Shown: positions 8,102 through 19,472 of the stretch, in pieces
How positions within the stretch are numbered: position 1 is the first letter of the stretch
How the letters are laid out: the number at the start of each line of letters is the position of its first letter
Source: Syntrophomonadaceae bacterium
GTDB taxonomy: Bacteria; Bacillota; Dethiobacteria; DTU022
NCBI GenBank assembly: GCA_003567725.1
Contig: PWYU01000084.1
Span: 28,102-92,101, forward strand
DNA: 64,000 nt
Reading direction: 5' to 3'
Position numbers and translations under genes: made by a program
The notes under the pieces: generated by a model
Database searches by the model: none
Told to the model about the DNA's origin: nothing
The model's input: only the letters and a program-made list of their open reading frames with translations

Positions 8102-10213
8102 TTATCGGGGATAGCAGCGTATCCTGGCATCGAGTGCAGCGGCTCCCCTGCCGGCGGCAAAAACCCGTAACGGGTTGATGTCAAGCTCTTCAATGCCGGG
8201 CTGATGGGCAAGCAGGTGGGATGTGCGCACTACCATGTCAAGAAAAGCCTCTGTGTCACCGGGGGCTTTTCCGCGCATACCTTTTAGTATTTTGGCCGCA
8301 TTTAATCCTTCAAGCCTTTTTCTCACACTCTCTTTAGTGGTGGGGCAGATCACGTTTGCAACATCCCTGAATGCCTCAATATAGACACCGCCCAGGCCGA
8401 AGAAGATAACAGGCCCGAAAGAGGGATCCTGACGGCCGCCGATAAACATATCGTAGCCCTCTTCGGCCATTTTTTGGATCCTCACCCCTGCAAAACGGGC
8501 GTTCTGGTTGTAGGCATAGAGATTTTTTTCGATAGTATCAAAGGCTTCCAGGACCTGCTGCCGATCCTTTAATCCAAGCAGGACCCCTCCGGCTTCAGAT
8601 TTATGGAGGGCATCGGGGGAAATGATCTTCATGACTACCGGAAACCCTAATTCTTCAGCCAGGGAGGCGGCTTCTTCAGCGTTTAATGCTTGAGCAGAGG
8701 GGGCGGCTTCCAGGCCGTAAGCGTTTAGAAGTTCCAGGGCTTCCTCGCCATAATCGCCCTTTTTATCTGCAAGCCACTTTGCAGCAGCTTTACGGTCCAT
8801 ACCTTCCGGTAGAGGATACCGGCCAGGTTTCTGACCTGATTTTTTATGCTGGTGGAAGTTCATTTGGATAGCCAGGGCTTTGATCATTTCTTCGGGGCTG
8901 TTGAAAATAGGGAATTCCACGCTGCGTTTACTCTGCTGGATTACCCGGGCAGGGCCGAAAAGGCAGACCCCCAGAGGCTTGGCGGCAGAAAGAATTGATC
9001 CCCAGGCTTCCTTGGACAGATCGCTTAAAAACATTCTTTGAAAAATATTGTCGCCCTGGGGCATCTGTGGGCGCTGGCTGATATAGATGGCACCGTCGAC
9101 CCGGTCGGAATGCATTACCGAATAAATTACATGGGCAGTTAGTTGCGGGTCATAGATATCGCCCATATCCAGGGGATTGGAAAACCTGATCACCCCGGCG
9201 CTGCTGAACTGCTGCAAACTATCGTAGAAATCCGTTCCCATATCGGCGAATTCAAACCCCGCTTTTTCGCAGAGATCTGCTCCTATAACAGAGAATCCGC
9301 CGGCCGGACTCATGATCATGATCCGCCGCCCTTTCATCGGGGGCAGCTGAAAAGCCTTGGTTACCGCAATAAAGTCGAGGAAATTAGCAATGCGGATTAT
9401 ACCCGCTTCTTCGAAAGCCGAATTGAGCACGCCGTCGTCACTGCTGAGCGCCGCAGTATGGCTCATAGCGGCTTTGCTGCCTGTTTCGGTAGTGCCGGCT
9501 TTGTAAACGATAACCGGCTTATCAATCTTGGCCGCAGCTTCAATAAATTCCCGGCCCCGGTTCAGGCTCTCCAGGTAAACGCAGATGATTTCAGTCTGCC
9601 GGTCCTGTCCTAAATACTGCAGGAAATCAACCTCGTCCAGATCTAACTTATTGCCAATACTGGCAAACTTGGCCAGCCCGATTCTTTCATCCTGGAGGTA
9701 ATTAAGCATGGTTAAGGCCAGGCCACCGCTCTGGGAAATAATAGACATATTGCCTTTCGGGGCTTTGTGTAGAGCTACGAAGGGAAGGCAGAGCCCGTTA
9801 TCGGTGTTGGCCACGGTGACGCTGTTAGGCCCGACAAAACGGATTCCGTACCTTTCGGCCAGGATTTTCAGCTGCTCTGAAAGGGTTTTGCCCTCATCGC
9901 TGTATTCAGAAAAACCGCCCGATGGGATGGCCATTCGTTTAATGCCAAACTGGCCGCAGCGTTCCATCATGCCTGGAATTAGTTTGGCCGGGGTCATACA
10001 ATAAGCCAGATCCGGGACTTCAGGCAGATCTTCAATGTTTTTGTAAATCCGGATACCATCTACATGGATATCTTCGCTTCTTTCATTAACTCCAAAAATT
10101 CTACCCCGGTAACCCCAGCGCAGGATATTTTCCAGGGTCAACCTGGGGATATTGCTCGCTTTTGAAGATAAGCCGATAATCACAACTGATTCCGGGTAAA
10201 AAATCTTGTGCAT
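8102..10213 (-). CDS. acetate--CoA ligase (ADP-forming), fused alpha/beta domains
   Basis: N-terminal CoA-binding domain (VVIIGLS), succinyl-CoA-synthetase-like and ATP-grasp domains, ~704 aa. Start set at MHKIFYP, which has a GAGGTGAGGA RBS. Confidence 0.75.
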   Translation of the reverse strand: MHKIFYPESVVIIGLSSKASNIPRLTLENILRWGYRGRIFGVNERSEDIHVDGIRIYKNIEDLPEVPDLAYCMTPAKLIPGMMERCGQFGIKRMAIPSGGFSEYSDEGKTLSEQLKILAERYGIRFVGPNSVTVANTDNGLCLPFVALHKAPKGNMSIISQSGGLALTMLNYLQDERIGLAKFASIGNKLDLDEVDFLQYLGQDRQTEIICVYLESLNRGREFIEAAAKIDKPVIVYKAGTTETGSKAAMSHTAALSSDDGVLNSAFEEAGIIRIANFLDFIAVTKAFQLPPMKGRRIMIMSPAGGFSVIGADLCEKAGFEFADMGTDFYDSLQQFSSAGVIRFSNPLDMGDIYDPQLTAHVIYSVMHSDRVDGAIYISQRPQMPQGDNIFQRMFLSDLSKEAWGSILSAAKPLGVCLFGPARVIQQSKRSVEFPIFNSPEEMIKALAIQMNFHQHKKSGQKPGRYPLPEGMDRKAAAKWLADKKGDYGEEALELLNAYGLEAAPSAQALNAEEAASLAEELGFPVVMKIISPDALHKSEAGGVLLGLKDRQQVLEAFDTIEKNLYAYNQNARFAGVRIQKMAEEGYDMFIGGRQDPSFGPVIFFGLGGVYIEAFRDVANVICPTTKESVRKRLEGLNAAKILKGMRGKAPGDTEAFLDMVVRTSHLLAHQPGIEELDINPLRVFAAGRGAAALDARIRCYPR

Positions 10214-10640
10214 GGTTATGTCCTCACCTCGCAGCAAAATTCTACCAAACATCCACTTCTGATTTTATCACAAGTTGCCGCTCCGGGCATGGTTATTTGT
10301 GATCCTTTCGGTAAGCTTTTTAAAATTTGATCGCAGGTGGAGAGGGGCTGCGGATCTTGCGGTGTGTTATAATCCATACTGTAAAGCATTACCAGTAAAA
10401 GAGTTAAAAATCATCCTTTTAGGATGATATAAAAATCGGCCTGATGGTCCGTTGCTTGAAAAACAGCCCTGTTAAGCTGAGATTATGGGAAGCGGGCCGC
10501 ATGGCAGGCATGATCGCCCGCGGCGATTACCGGGCCCGGGTAGAAGCCGGCCGGGGGCTAAATTAACTCCTGACAAAATAATTGTTAAAATGCTATAATC
10601 GATGTGATTTAAAACAGCTAAATGAGAGGTCACATAAAAA

Positions 10641-11243
10641 ATGAACAATAATGACAGCCCTGCTCCACGCGAACCGGCGATCCTGGTATGGATTAAGCAA
10701 ATCCTGCTGATCGTGGCGCTTACTTTTTTGATCAGCACTTTAATTATCCAAACCTACGATGTTAATGATGTTTCCATGCAGCCCACTTTTGATGCGCAGG
10801 GTAACAGGGTCCTGGTGTTTTTGACCCCTTATCTTTTCAACGCCGAACCCAACCATGGAGACATTGTAATAGTTGATAGCAGGGTGGACAGACAAAGAAC
10901 TGTTTGGGACAGAATTAACGAAAACCCCATTATTGCTATGGTCACAGGGCAGTATAACAGGCACCTCTGGATTAAACGGGTTATAGGCCGGCCTGGTGAT
11001 GAGCTGGAATACAGCGGTGGTTATGTTTACCGAAATGGGAACCGGCTGGAAGAAGGCTATACGGCGGGGCTTATGGTTGCTGGCTTCGAACCGGTGAAAG
11101 TGCCCGATGATCATATTTTCATTATGGGTGATAATCGAAACAGGAGCAGTGACAGCAGGCAGGTCGGCCCGGTACCGCTGCATAACGTCCAGGGCCGGGT
11201 GTTGATCAGGCTTTTCCCCCTGGATAAAATAAGCACTTTTTAG
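10641..11243 (+). CDS. lepB: signal peptidase I
   Basis: S26 motifs VSMQPTF (catalytic Ser) and GDNRNRSSDSR. N-terminal TM anchor. Confidence 0.8.
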   Translation: MNNNDSPAPREPAILVWIKQILLIVALTFLISTLIIQTYDVNDVSMQPTFDAQGNRVLVFLTPYLFNAEPNHGDIVIVDSRVDRQRTVWDRINENPIIAMVTGQYNRHLWIKRVIGRPGDELEYSGGYVYRNGNRLEEGYTAGLMVAGFEPVKVPDDHIFIMGDNRNRSSDSRQVGPVPLHNVQGRVLIRLFPLDKISTF

Positions 11244-11344
11244 AGATCTCAAGTCATACTGGTTTAGCTATGTTATTATCTTGTTCGATCAGGTATTTTA
11301 AGGGCCCCTGCTTATCTGGCCTGTGATCATGAACCGCTTCTTAA

Positions 11345-12676
11345 ATGTTTGCTAACATCTATAAGGCAGGTGCAGAAGTGGATAGAAAAGATCGTCATAA
11401 AAAAAGTTTTCCCTTTCTGAAAATCATCCTGGTTTTGCTGGTCTTTTTATTGGCTGCAGGGGCGCTGCTTGCGTATTTTCCAGCCCTGCTTTTTACTTCC
11501 GCTGCTGTCGCAACCGACGAAAGTCCTGGAAGCGGACTGGATTTAACCGGTGAAAATACTGTTAACATTGCCCTGCTTGGTTTTGATGGCCCGGTCTCCG
11601 CACAAGAAGAGCAAAACCTCTACCGGCCCGACATGATCCTTATCGCAGCCTTTAATTTTAGGGAGGGTACTGTTTCGCTGGTCAGTATTCCCCGCGATAG
11701 CTACGTTAAAATTCATGGCACCGATATTTATGATAAGATTAACCACTCCTTTATGTACGGTCATTACCGCGCTGCTGCAGGCCAGAATCGCTACCACAGC
11801 GGTATTGAAACTACTCTTAAGACCATTGTCGATTTTTTAGGCGGTGTACCTCTGCACGGTTATGCAGTAGTCGATATGAAGGGAGTAGAGTCAATAATCG
11901 ACCGCATCGGTGGGATATATTACGACGTAGAAACTGAAGTTAGAAGCGATTTTGGCCAGGGCAGGCTTTTGGTTGAAGAAGGGCACCAGCTTTTAGACGG
12001 CAAGAAGTTTATGTATTATGTCCGCAACAGGGCCGGATTCCAGGGAGGGGAAAGCGGCCGTACCGAGCGGCAGCGCAATATCATGGTTGCCCTCTTTGAA
12101 CGTTTTAAACAACCGGCTAATATCCCCCGTATTCCTGCTCTTTACCTGGCTTTTATGGAAAATGTTGATACAAATCTCAACTTACCCCGGCTTCTGGGCC
12201 TGGGCCTGTTTGGATTGCGGGTAAACTCGTCTGAAATTGAAACGGCAGTTTTCAGTGGGAGCGGTCAGCTGTCTTACCGTGATGGCCAAAATATCTGGTA
12301 CCTGGTTATTGATGAGGGAGAAAGAGTCAGGATTATTGAGAGGATTTTTGGTGTTACCGTGCAGCAAAGATCTCAGATTACCCTCCCCGGGCCGGTGGCA
12401 CCTGAACTGGAAGAGCCGGAACCGGAGCCCGAGCTTGAACCTGAACCGGAACCTGAAAAGGAGCCGGAACCGGAGCCGGATCCTGAAGCAGAACCAGACC
12501 CGGAACCTGATCCGGAACCTGATCCGGAACCTGATCCTGAACCAGAACCGGATCCTGAACCTGAAGAAGATCCTGATCCGGAAGAAGAAGCAGAAAATGA
12601 CACATCTGAGCAGGATCTGGAAGAAGATTCAGATCCCGATCAAGAAGGTGAACTAAAAGAGCCCGGGGATAATTAA
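11345..12676 (+). CDS. LytR-CpsA-Psr (LCP) family protein with a low-complexity Glu/Pro/Asp-rich C-terminal tail
   Basis: N-terminal TM anchor. LCP core motifs include [11 protein letters not shown]-terminal ~90 aa is (E/D)P dipeptide repeats. Confidence 0.7.
   Translation: MFANIYKAGAEVDRKDRHKKSFPFLKIILVLLVFLLAAGALLAYFPALLFTSAAVATDESPGSGLDLTGENTVNIALLGFDGPVSAQEEQNLYRPDMILIAAFNFREGTVSLVSIPRDSYVKIHGTDIYDKINHSFMYGHYRAAAGQNRYHSGIETTLKTIVDFLGGVPLHGYAVVDMKGVESIIDRIGGIYYDVETEVRSDFGQGRLLVEEGHQLLDGKKFMYYVRNRAGFQGGESGRTERQRNIMVALFERFKQPANIPRIPALYLAFMENVDTNLNLPRLLGLGLFGLRVNSSEIETAVFSGSGQLSYRDGQNIWYLVIDEGERVRIIERIFGVTVQQRSQITLPGPVAPELEEPEPEPELEPEPEPEKEPEPEPDPEAEPDPEPDPEPDPEPDPEPEPDPEPEEDPDPEEEAENDTSEQDLEEDSDPDQEGELKEPGDN
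12400..12600 (+). repeat. tandem short-period DNA repeat (gaaccggaNcc-type units) encoding the EP/DP repeat tail
   Basis: Visible near-perfect repetition of ccggaacctgat units. It also produces artefactual GS-rich and KR-rich ORFs in other frames. Confidence 0.8.
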
Positions 12677-12911
12677 AGATTGGGGGAAGTGGCATAAAGC
12701 CTAAGGAATTTCTAAAGTGGATATGCTCCGCCTGCTTCCGGGAAATAACCTTATGCAAAGGGCATAACCCGGACAGTAAACCTAAATAATTATTCAGAGA
12801 GGAGATTCTCGTCCCGGTGGCGAAAAACATATTAACCAAAACCGGTCGAAAAAATTTGACAGGGTAACAAGCAAGTGCTAAACTTTTTACAGTCTGGCAC
12901 CCTTTAAGAGT

Positions 12912-12992
12912 AGTCCTGTGAGGCTGGCAAGGGGGCGACAGTTTAACTGCCTTTATCCGCCCGCTCTCCCACCGGCTTCGGGCGGTTTTTTA
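12912..12992 (+). promoter_or_regulatory. PyrR-binding loop (AGUCCUGUGAGGCUGGCAAGG) followed by an intrinsic terminator: pyr operon transcription attenuator
   Basis: Sequence matches the conserved PyrR binding-loop motif of Bacillus-type pyr leaders. The hairpin CCGCCCG...CGGGCGG plus a T-run (12957..12992) lies ~200 nt upstream of pyrR. Confidence 0.7.
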
Positions 12993-13077
12993 TGTGCCGG
13001 CTAACTAAACAGCCTGTACTGTTATGATCCAGTAAAGCCTGCTGAAGAAAGCTGAAGCTAAGCCGCTGCATTTTTAG

Positions 13078-13752
<675 letters not shown>

Positions 13753-13808
13753 TCATATACCTGAAAAAGTTGCCCAGGTGTTTATGGTAGGAGGAGGTAT
13801 GTAAATAG

Positions 13809-14741
13809 GTGCAGACTTTAAGGCGTAAAGATATGCTGGGATTGGAAGAGGTTTCTGCTGAAGAGATAAACCTGATCCTGGAAACTTCCCGCTCCATGCG
13901 GGAAATTATGCAGCGTAAAATCAAAAAAGTGCCAACCCTGCGAGGACGTTCTGTATTAAATCTTTTTTACGAACCCAGCACCAGGACCAAGGCCAGTTTT
14001 GAACTGGCCCAAAAATACATGAGTTCTGATTCGGTCAGTGTGACCGGCAGCTCTTCGAGCCTGGTCAAGGGGGAGACTTTAAAGGACACGGTCCGGAATG
14101 TTGAAATAATGGGTATTGAATGTGTTATTATGAGGCACCCGGCTTCCGGTTCTTCTCATTATTTAGCCCATAACGTGGAAGCTTCGGTTATTAATGCCGG
14201 CGATGGTATGCATGAACATCCCACGCAGGGCTTGCTGGACATGTTTACCATCTGGGAAAAAAAAGGCCGGCTGGAAAACTTGAAAGTAACTATTGTTGGC
14301 GATATCCGCCACAGCCGGGTGGCCCGTTCGAACCTGTGGGGTTTGCAAAAAATGGGTGCAGAGGTTGTAGTTTCCGGCCCTCCCACCTTAATGCCCCCCG
14401 ATCTGGATGCTTTTGGGGTTAAGTATTATCATGACTTAGAAGAAGCGGCAGAAGGCGCTGATGTAGTCATGGCTCTCAGGCTGCAAAAAGAGCGCCAGGA
14501 AAGCGGACTTTTCCCCAGTATGCGTGAATATGCGGAACTTTACGGGGTAACACCCCAGAAAATAACCAGGGCCAGGGAAGACCTTTTGATCATGCACCCC
14601 GGCCCTATGAACAGGGGCATTGAGATCAGCTCGGAGCTGGCCGACGGGCCGCATTCGGTGGTCCTGGAACAGGCCGCTTCGGGTGTTGCCGTCAGAATGG
14701 CGCTGCTTTATCTTTTGCTGGGAGGGACGAAAGAACAATGA
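13809..14741 (+). CDS. pyrB: aspartate carbamoyltransferase catalytic subunit
   Basis: STRTK carbamoyl-phosphate motif and HPTQ motif. GTG start after a GGAGGAGG RBS. Confidence 0.9.
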   Translation: MQTLRRKDMLGLEEVSAEEINLILETSRSMREIMQRKIKKVPTLRGRSVLNLFYEPSTRTKASFELAQKYMSSDSVSVTGSSSSLVKGETLKDTVRNVEIMGIECVIMRHPASGSSHYLAHNVEASVINAGDGMHEHPTQGLLDMFTIWEKKGRLENLKVTIVGDIRHSRVARSNLWGLQKMGAEVVVSGPPTLMPPDLDAFGVKYYHDLEEAAEGADVVMALRLQKERQESGLFPSMREYAELYGVTPQKITRAREDLLIMHPGPMNRGIEISSELADGPHSVVLEQAASGVAVRMALLYLLLGGTKEQ

Positions 14742-16057
14742 AACAGTTGATAATTAAAGGCGGGCGGGTCATTGATCCGGCCTGCAATTATGACCGGGCC
14801 GCCGATGTTTTGCTCAAGGACTCTCTGGTGGAAAAAATAGAACCCGGCCTTGAAGCGCCTGCCGACGCTGTAATAATCGAGGCTGAGGGTTTGATCGTAA
14901 CTCCCGGGCTGATTGATATCCATGTTCATTTGCGCGACCCCGGACAGGAATACAAAGAAGATATTCATTCTGGAACGCGGGCGGCTGCAGCCGGCGGCTT
15001 TACAGCACTGGCGGCCATGGCCAACACCGACCCGGTTGGAGACGATCCTGCCATGATCGGTTATATACGTAAAAAAGCAGCCGGGGCGGCAGCGCGGGTT
15101 TACCCTCTAGGCGCTTTGACCAAAGGCCTTGCGGGAAAGGAAATGGCCGAACTGGGCCGGATGAAGTTTGCCGGAGCAGCCGGTTTTTCAGACGATGGCA
15201 AGCCGGTTATGAATGGTATGCTGATGCGAAATGCCCTGCATTATGCTTCTGGAATCGGCGCGGTCGTCATTGCTCATGAAGAAGACCTGCATCTGGCAGC
15301 AGGAGGGATGATGCATGAAGGAACGGTTTCATCCATCCTCGGTCTGCGGGGCATTCCCTCGGTTGCGGAAGAAGCGATGATCAGCCGTGACCTGATGATT
15401 TTAAAAATAACCGGTGGGAGGCTGCATATTGCCCATGTTTCAACCGCCGGATCCGTAGATTTGCTGCGCCGGGCCAAAGCTGAAGGTCTAAATGTTACAG
15501 CCGAAGTTACGCCCCATCATCTTTTGCTAACCGATCGCCTGGTCAAAAATTCCGGTTATAATACCAGCACCAAGGTTAACCCCCCGCTGCGGACTGAACA
15601 TGACCGTCAGGCCCTGTGGAAAGGCCTGCTCGATGGGACCATCGATGCTATTGCTTCGGATCATGCCCCCCACCATACCGATGATAAGGATGTTGAGTAT
15701 GACTTTGCTCCCTGCGGGATAGCGGGCCTGGAAACTACACTGCCCCTGATGCTTGACGAGCTGGCCTCCGGCCGGATAAAAGGTTTTACCCTGCCTTTGC
15801 TTTTAGAAAAATTAAGCAGTGCTCCGGCCCGGATTCTCGATTTGCCCGGTGGAAGTTTAAAACAGGGCAGCCCGGCTGATGTGACCGTTATCGATCCGGA
15901 GCGCCAGTTCATAATCGAACCTGATAAATGGTATTCCAAATCGCGTAACACACCTTTTGCCGGCAAACGCGTGAAAGGCGCTCCGGTTTTTACTGTCGTA
16001 GGTGGAGAGATAACCATGAAAGAAGGTGTTGTTACTGAAAGAACAGCCCAGGGGTAA
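14738..16057 (+). CDS. pyrC: dihydroorotase
   Basis: DIHVHLRDPG metal-binding motif. 4-nt overlap with pyrB. Confidence 0.9.
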   Translation: MKQLIIKGGRVIDPACNYDRAADVLLKDSLVEKIEPGLEAPADAVIIEAEGLIVTPGLIDIHVHLRDPGQEYKEDIHSGTRAAAAGGFTALAAMANTDPVGDDPAMIGYIRKKAAGAAARVYPLGALTKGLAGKEMAELGRMKFAGAAGFSDDGKPVMNGMLMRNALHYASGIGAVVIAHEEDLHLAAGGMMHEGTVSSILGLRGIPSVAEEAMISRDLMILKITGGRLHIAHVSTAGSVDLLRRAKAEGLNVTAEVTPHHLLLTDRLVKNSGYNTSTKVNPPLRTEHDRQALWKGLLDGTIDAIASDHAPHHTDDKDVEYDFAPCGIAGLETTLPLMLDELASGRIKGFTLPLLLEKLSSAPARILDLPGGSLKQGSPADVTVIDPERQFIIEPDKWYSKSRNTPFAGKRVKGAPVFTVVGGEITMKEGVVTERTAQG

Positions 16058-16817
16058 GTGCCGACAGGAAAACTGTTCGGTTTTAGAGAACCGCTCCATG
16101 GGGCCTGGCTTTTGCCGGATTACCCTGGCTGCCCCGGATATTGCCTCCCTGGTTGAACCGGGGCAATTTGTCCAGGTTTTTATGCCGCCGGAGCATCCTC
16201 ATATGCTGCCGCGGCCTTTCAGTATATACAAAGCCGATGCCGAAAACGGTGTTCTAACTATCCTGGTTGAAATTAAAGGGAAGGGGTCTCGTTTGCTGGC
16301 AGACAGAGGCCCGGGCAGCTTTTTAAAACTGCTGGGGCCGCTGGGCAGAGGTTTTCCTCCGCCACCTCCCGGATCTATCCTCGTGGCTGGGGGAATGGGT
16401 ATTGCTCCCCTGGCTTTTCTGGCTGAATCTGTAAATAAACCCCGAACCTTGCTATACTGCGCCCGCACGGCCGATTTACTGGTCTGCCCCGGCGCCGATC
16501 TCGATTTACCGGGCTTGCAGATCATAAGGGCTACCGATGACGGGACGACGGGTATCAAGGGTACAGCTGCGGACCTGCTGTCAGGCCAAATCGAAGGAGC
16601 CCCTGCAGTTTTTGCCTGCGGCCCCCGGCCGATGCTGACTGCAGTAAAAGAGATCTGCCTGCGATGGGGAGTCAATGCCTGGCTGTCTCTGGAAGAACGG
16701 ATGGCCTGCGGTATAGGAGCCTGTGTGGGCTGTGTCGTTCTTACCATTGACGGATACAAGCGGGTATGCCGGGACGGGCCTGTATTTCCGGCAGAGGAGG
16801 TAATCCTCGATGGATGA
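16026..16817 (+). CDS. pyrK: dihydroorotate dehydrogenase electron-transfer subunit (FAD/NAD-binding, 2Fe-2S)
   Basis: C-terminal CGIGACVGC cluster motif and ferredoxin-reductase fold. GTG start overlapping the pyrC end. The exact start is uncertain; alternative ATG at 16098. Confidence 0.8.
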   Translation: MLLLKEQPRGKCRQENCSVLENRSMGPGFCRITLAAPDIASLVEPGQFVQVFMPPEHPHMLPRPFSIYKADAENGVLTILVEIKGKGSRLLADRGPGSFLKLLGPLGRGFPPPPPGSILVAGGMGIAPLAFLAESVNKPRTLLYCARTADLLVCPGADLDLPGLQIIRATDDGTTGIKGTAADLLSGQIEGAPAVFACGPRPMLTAVKEICLRWGVNAWLSLEERMACGIGACVGCVVLTIDGYKRVCRDGPVFPAEEVILDG

Positions 16818-17763
16818 AAAAAAAGATAAAAAAAGGCAGGAAAAAGAATTTGAACCGGATTTAAGCGTTGACCTGGCCGGAATTGTTCTAAAAAACCCTG
16901 TTTTGGCTGCTTCGGGGCCCTTTGGTTACGGGCACGAATATGGTGAATTGACCAACTTTAAAGACCTGGCCGGTATTATAGTCAAGGGTGTTTCCCTGGA
17001 ACCCTGGCCGGGCAATTCCCCTCCACGAATAAGTGAAACTCCTGCGGGCATGTTGAATGCGGTGGGTTTACAAAATCCGGGTTTGCGAAATTTTATAAAA
17101 GAAGATTTGCCCCGCCTGCGTAATTGCGGCCTGCGCCTCATTGTCAACGTGGTCGGATGTACCATGGATGAATACGCCGGAGTGGCTTGCGGGCTTGCGG
17201 GGGAAGTAGGGATTGACGGCCTGGAATTAAATATATCCTGCCCCAATATAAAAGCGGGGGGTATGGCTTTCGGCACCGACCCGGCGGCAACCCGGCAGGT
17301 GGTAGAAGCTGTCCGCCGCGAAACTAAACTGCCTTTATTGGTCAAGCTGTCACCTAATGTTGCTGATATTGGTATCATGGCCAGGGCCGCTGAAGAAGCA
17401 GGGGCAGATGGCATATCTTTAATAAATACCCTTTCCGGGATGTTGATCAATACTGCTGACAAAAAGCCCCTGCTGGGCAATACTTTTGGCGGCCTTTCCG
17501 GCCCTGCTATAATGCCTGTGGCCCTAAAAATGGTCTGGCAGGCTGCTGAAGCAGTAAAAATACCAGTCCTGGGGATGGGTGGAATAACTACGGCTGATGA
17601 CGCCCTGCAGTTTATTATGGCCGGGGCCCGGGCTGTAGCAATTGGAACAGGTTTGTTTTACAACCCGGAACTGGCCACGGTCATTAAAACCGGTCTTGAA
17701 AGATACTTAAAAAAAGAAGGCCTTCTAAACCTGGATCAGCTCGAAGGCATCGCCCGATCCTGA
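16810..17763 (+). CDS. pyrD: dihydroorotate dehydrogenase catalytic subunit (class 1B)
   Basis: Motifs LKNPVLAASGPFGYG, NISCPN and GGITTADDA. Confidence 0.9.
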   Translation: MDEKKDKKRQEKEFEPDLSVDLAGIVLKNPVLAASGPFGYGHEYGELTNFKDLAGIIVKGVSLEPWPGNSPPRISETPAGMLNAVGLQNPGLRNFIKEDLPRLRNCGLRLIVNVVGCTMDEYAGVACGLAGEVGIDGLELNISCPNIKAGGMAFGTDPAATRQVVEAVRRETKLPLLVKLSPNVADIGIMARAAEEAGADGISLINTLSGMLINTADKKPLLGNTFGGLSGPAIMPVALKMVWQAAEAVKIPVLGMGGITTADDALQFIMAGARAVAIGTGLFYNPELATVIKTGLERYLKKEGLLNLDQLEGIARS

Positions 17764-17844
17764 ACAGGGCTGGGGCGTTCAGCGGGAAAAAAGGCCCGCC
17801 GGGATAAAACTCAGAACCCCGTAACTTGGGCAGCGGTGCGGCGG

Positions 17845-17960
17845 GAGACTAAAGCATCAATGGGAACGGTTTGAGCGGCGCCATGGGGACCCTTTGAGCG
17901 TCCCGAAGCGCAGCGTAGGCCGAAGGGAAGACGATGGAACCGTCCCCGTGGCTTACAGAT
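17845..17960 (+). ncRNA. copy A of a three-copy structured leader element (hairpins GGGAC..GUCCC and GACGAUGGAACCGUC, then CCGUGGCUUA)
   Basis: Shares an ordered motif set with 35150..35240 and 36480..36560. Lies in the 235-nt pyrD-pyrF spacer. Confidence 0.4.
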
Positions 17961-17998
17961 TTAAGCCGCTCACTATATTATGAAGGGCAGGAGTTAAA

Positions 17999-18742
17999 AT
18001 GACAGCTAATAATGAGGCCAGAACCGGTTCAGCCAGGGAAAAAGATTTTTCTCCCGGCCAGTTGATTATTGCCCTTGATTATTCTGACCCCGGCCAGGCC
18101 CGGGAACTGGTTGAAAAGCTTAATCCCCTTGGGGTTGGTTTTAAAGTGGGACTGGAGCTATTTTTAGCCGGCGGCCCCCCCCTGGTCAAAGAACTGGCCC
18201 GGCGTTCTCCTGTTTTCCTTGATCTAAAATTCCACGATATTCCCAATACGGTGGCTGCTGCTGTTAAATCAGCGGCCTCTCTTGGGGTGTGGATGCTCAA
18301 TGTCCATGCTGCCGGGGGTAAAAAGATGCTAAAGGCCGCCCGGGAAGCCCTGCAAGATCAGAAGCATAAACCGATTCTTTTAGCCGTAACTGTGTTGACC
18401 AGCATGGATGACCAGGAAATGGCCGAAACCGGCTGCCCCGGTACGACCGGTGAGCGGGTGATCCGGCTGGCCCGCTTAAGCGCTGAATGCGGTTTGGACG
18501 GGGTGGTCTGTTCTCCCCTTGAAATTGATCTGGTTAAAAACCATGTTTCCGGAAATCTGCTCACCCTTACTCCAGGGATCAGGCCCGCCGGCGAAAATGC
18601 CGGCGATCAAGTCCGGATTGCTACCCCGGACAGGGTGATCGAGGCCGGCGGTGATTACCTGGTTGTTGGCAGGCCTGTTACCAGGGCTCCTGATCCTTAC
18701 AAAGCAGTGCAGAACATCTTTGCTGCTATGCAAATTGTTTGA
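17999..18742 (+). CDS. pyrF: orotidine 5'-phosphate decarboxylase
   Basis: IIALDYSD...GFKVGLELF and DLKFHDIPNT motifs. Confidence 0.85.
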   Translation: MTANNEARTGSAREKDFSPGQLIIALDYSDPGQARELVEKLNPLGVGFKVGLELFLAGGPPLVKELARRSPVFLDLKFHDIPNTVAAAVKSAASLGVWMLNVHAAGGKKMLKAAREALQDQKHKPILLAVTVLTSMDDQEMAETGCPGTTGERVIRLARLSAECGLDGVVCSPLEIDLVKNHVSGNLLTLTPGIRPAGENAGDQVRIATPDRVIEAGGDYLVVGRPVTRAPDPYKAVQNIFAAMQIV

Positions 18743-18761
18743 TCAAGTAAAGGAGGATATA

Positions 18762-19346
18762 ATGAAAGATAATCACAACCTTAACCGGTCAAACCTCTTT
18801 GAACTGCTAAAAGAGACCGGGGTTATTATGGACGGGCATTTCCTGCTTACCTCCGGAAGGCATAGCGCCCGTTTTCTGCAGTGTTCTCAACTGATGCAAT
18901 ATCCGGAGCATGCGGAAAAAGTGTGCCGCCTGGTGGCCGCACCCTTTACAGAGAAGCAGATCCATACCGTGATTGGACCTGCCATGGGCGGGGTAATTAT
19001 GGCTTATGAAACAGCCCGGGCCCTGGGGGCAAGGGCGCTCTTTGCCGAGCGTACAGAAGATGGGCTAATGGCCCTGCGGCGTGGTTTCCGGGTTGAAGCA
19101 GGCGAAAGGATCCTGGTGGTGGAAGATGCGGTTACTACGGGCGGTTCGGTCCGCAAGGTCCTTGATTTACTGGAAAAAGCCGGTGCAGAGATTGCGGGGG
19201 TTTCAATTATGATCGACCGGACAGCCGGCAAACTCAAATTTGATGTACCCGTGCACTCCCTTATTTCGATGGAGATTGAATCTTTTACCCCGCAAGAATG
19301 CCCCCTGTGCCGGGACGGTATCCCTCTTTACAGGCCGAAGGGTTAA
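18762..19346 (+). CDS. pyrE: orotate phosphoribosyltransferase
   Basis: PRPP-binding motif VVEDAVTTGGS. ATG at 18762 is preceded by an AAGGAGGA RBS; the upstream part of the track ORF overlaps pyrF and is not coding. Confidence 0.85.
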   Translation: MKDNHNLNRSNLFELLKETGVIMDGHFLLTSGRHSARFLQCSQLMQYPEHAEKVCRLVAAPFTEKQIHTVIGPAMGGVIMAYETARALGARALFAERTEDGLMALRRGFRVEAGERILVVEDAVTTGGSVRKVLDLLEKAGAEIAGVSIMIDRTAGKLKFDVPVHSLISMEIESFTPQECPLCRDGIPLYRPKG

Positions 19347-19472
19347 GCGGGGGAGGGGCAGCCTGCTTGCCAAGACTGATTGCCAGCGGCTTTCATATGG
19401 CAAGAACACTGTGCATTTGAGAGCATTACGTGACAGGAAAATTATTGACTAAACAAGGAGAGCGCTATCCTA

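Noticed and set aside
10410-10428. Perfect hairpin ATCATCC-TTTT-GGATGAT in the acs / lepB divergent spacer
   Set aside because: It lies upstream of both genes and so is not a terminator for either. It could be an operator, but with no second copy or known motif I could not support a call.
12373-12603. Minus-strand ORF encoding a GSGSGS-repeat protein, and + strand ORF 12237..12656 encoding a K/R/N-rich protein
   Set aside because: Both are alternative-frame readings of the tandem DNA repeat that encodes the EP tail of the LCP protein, and neither has start-site support; they are treated as artefacts.
16199-16759. 186-aa minus-strand ORF inside pyrK
   Set aside because: It lies antisense within a well-supported pyr gene, is a Pro/Ser/Arg-rich translation typical of GC-rich antisense frames, and is not treated as coding.
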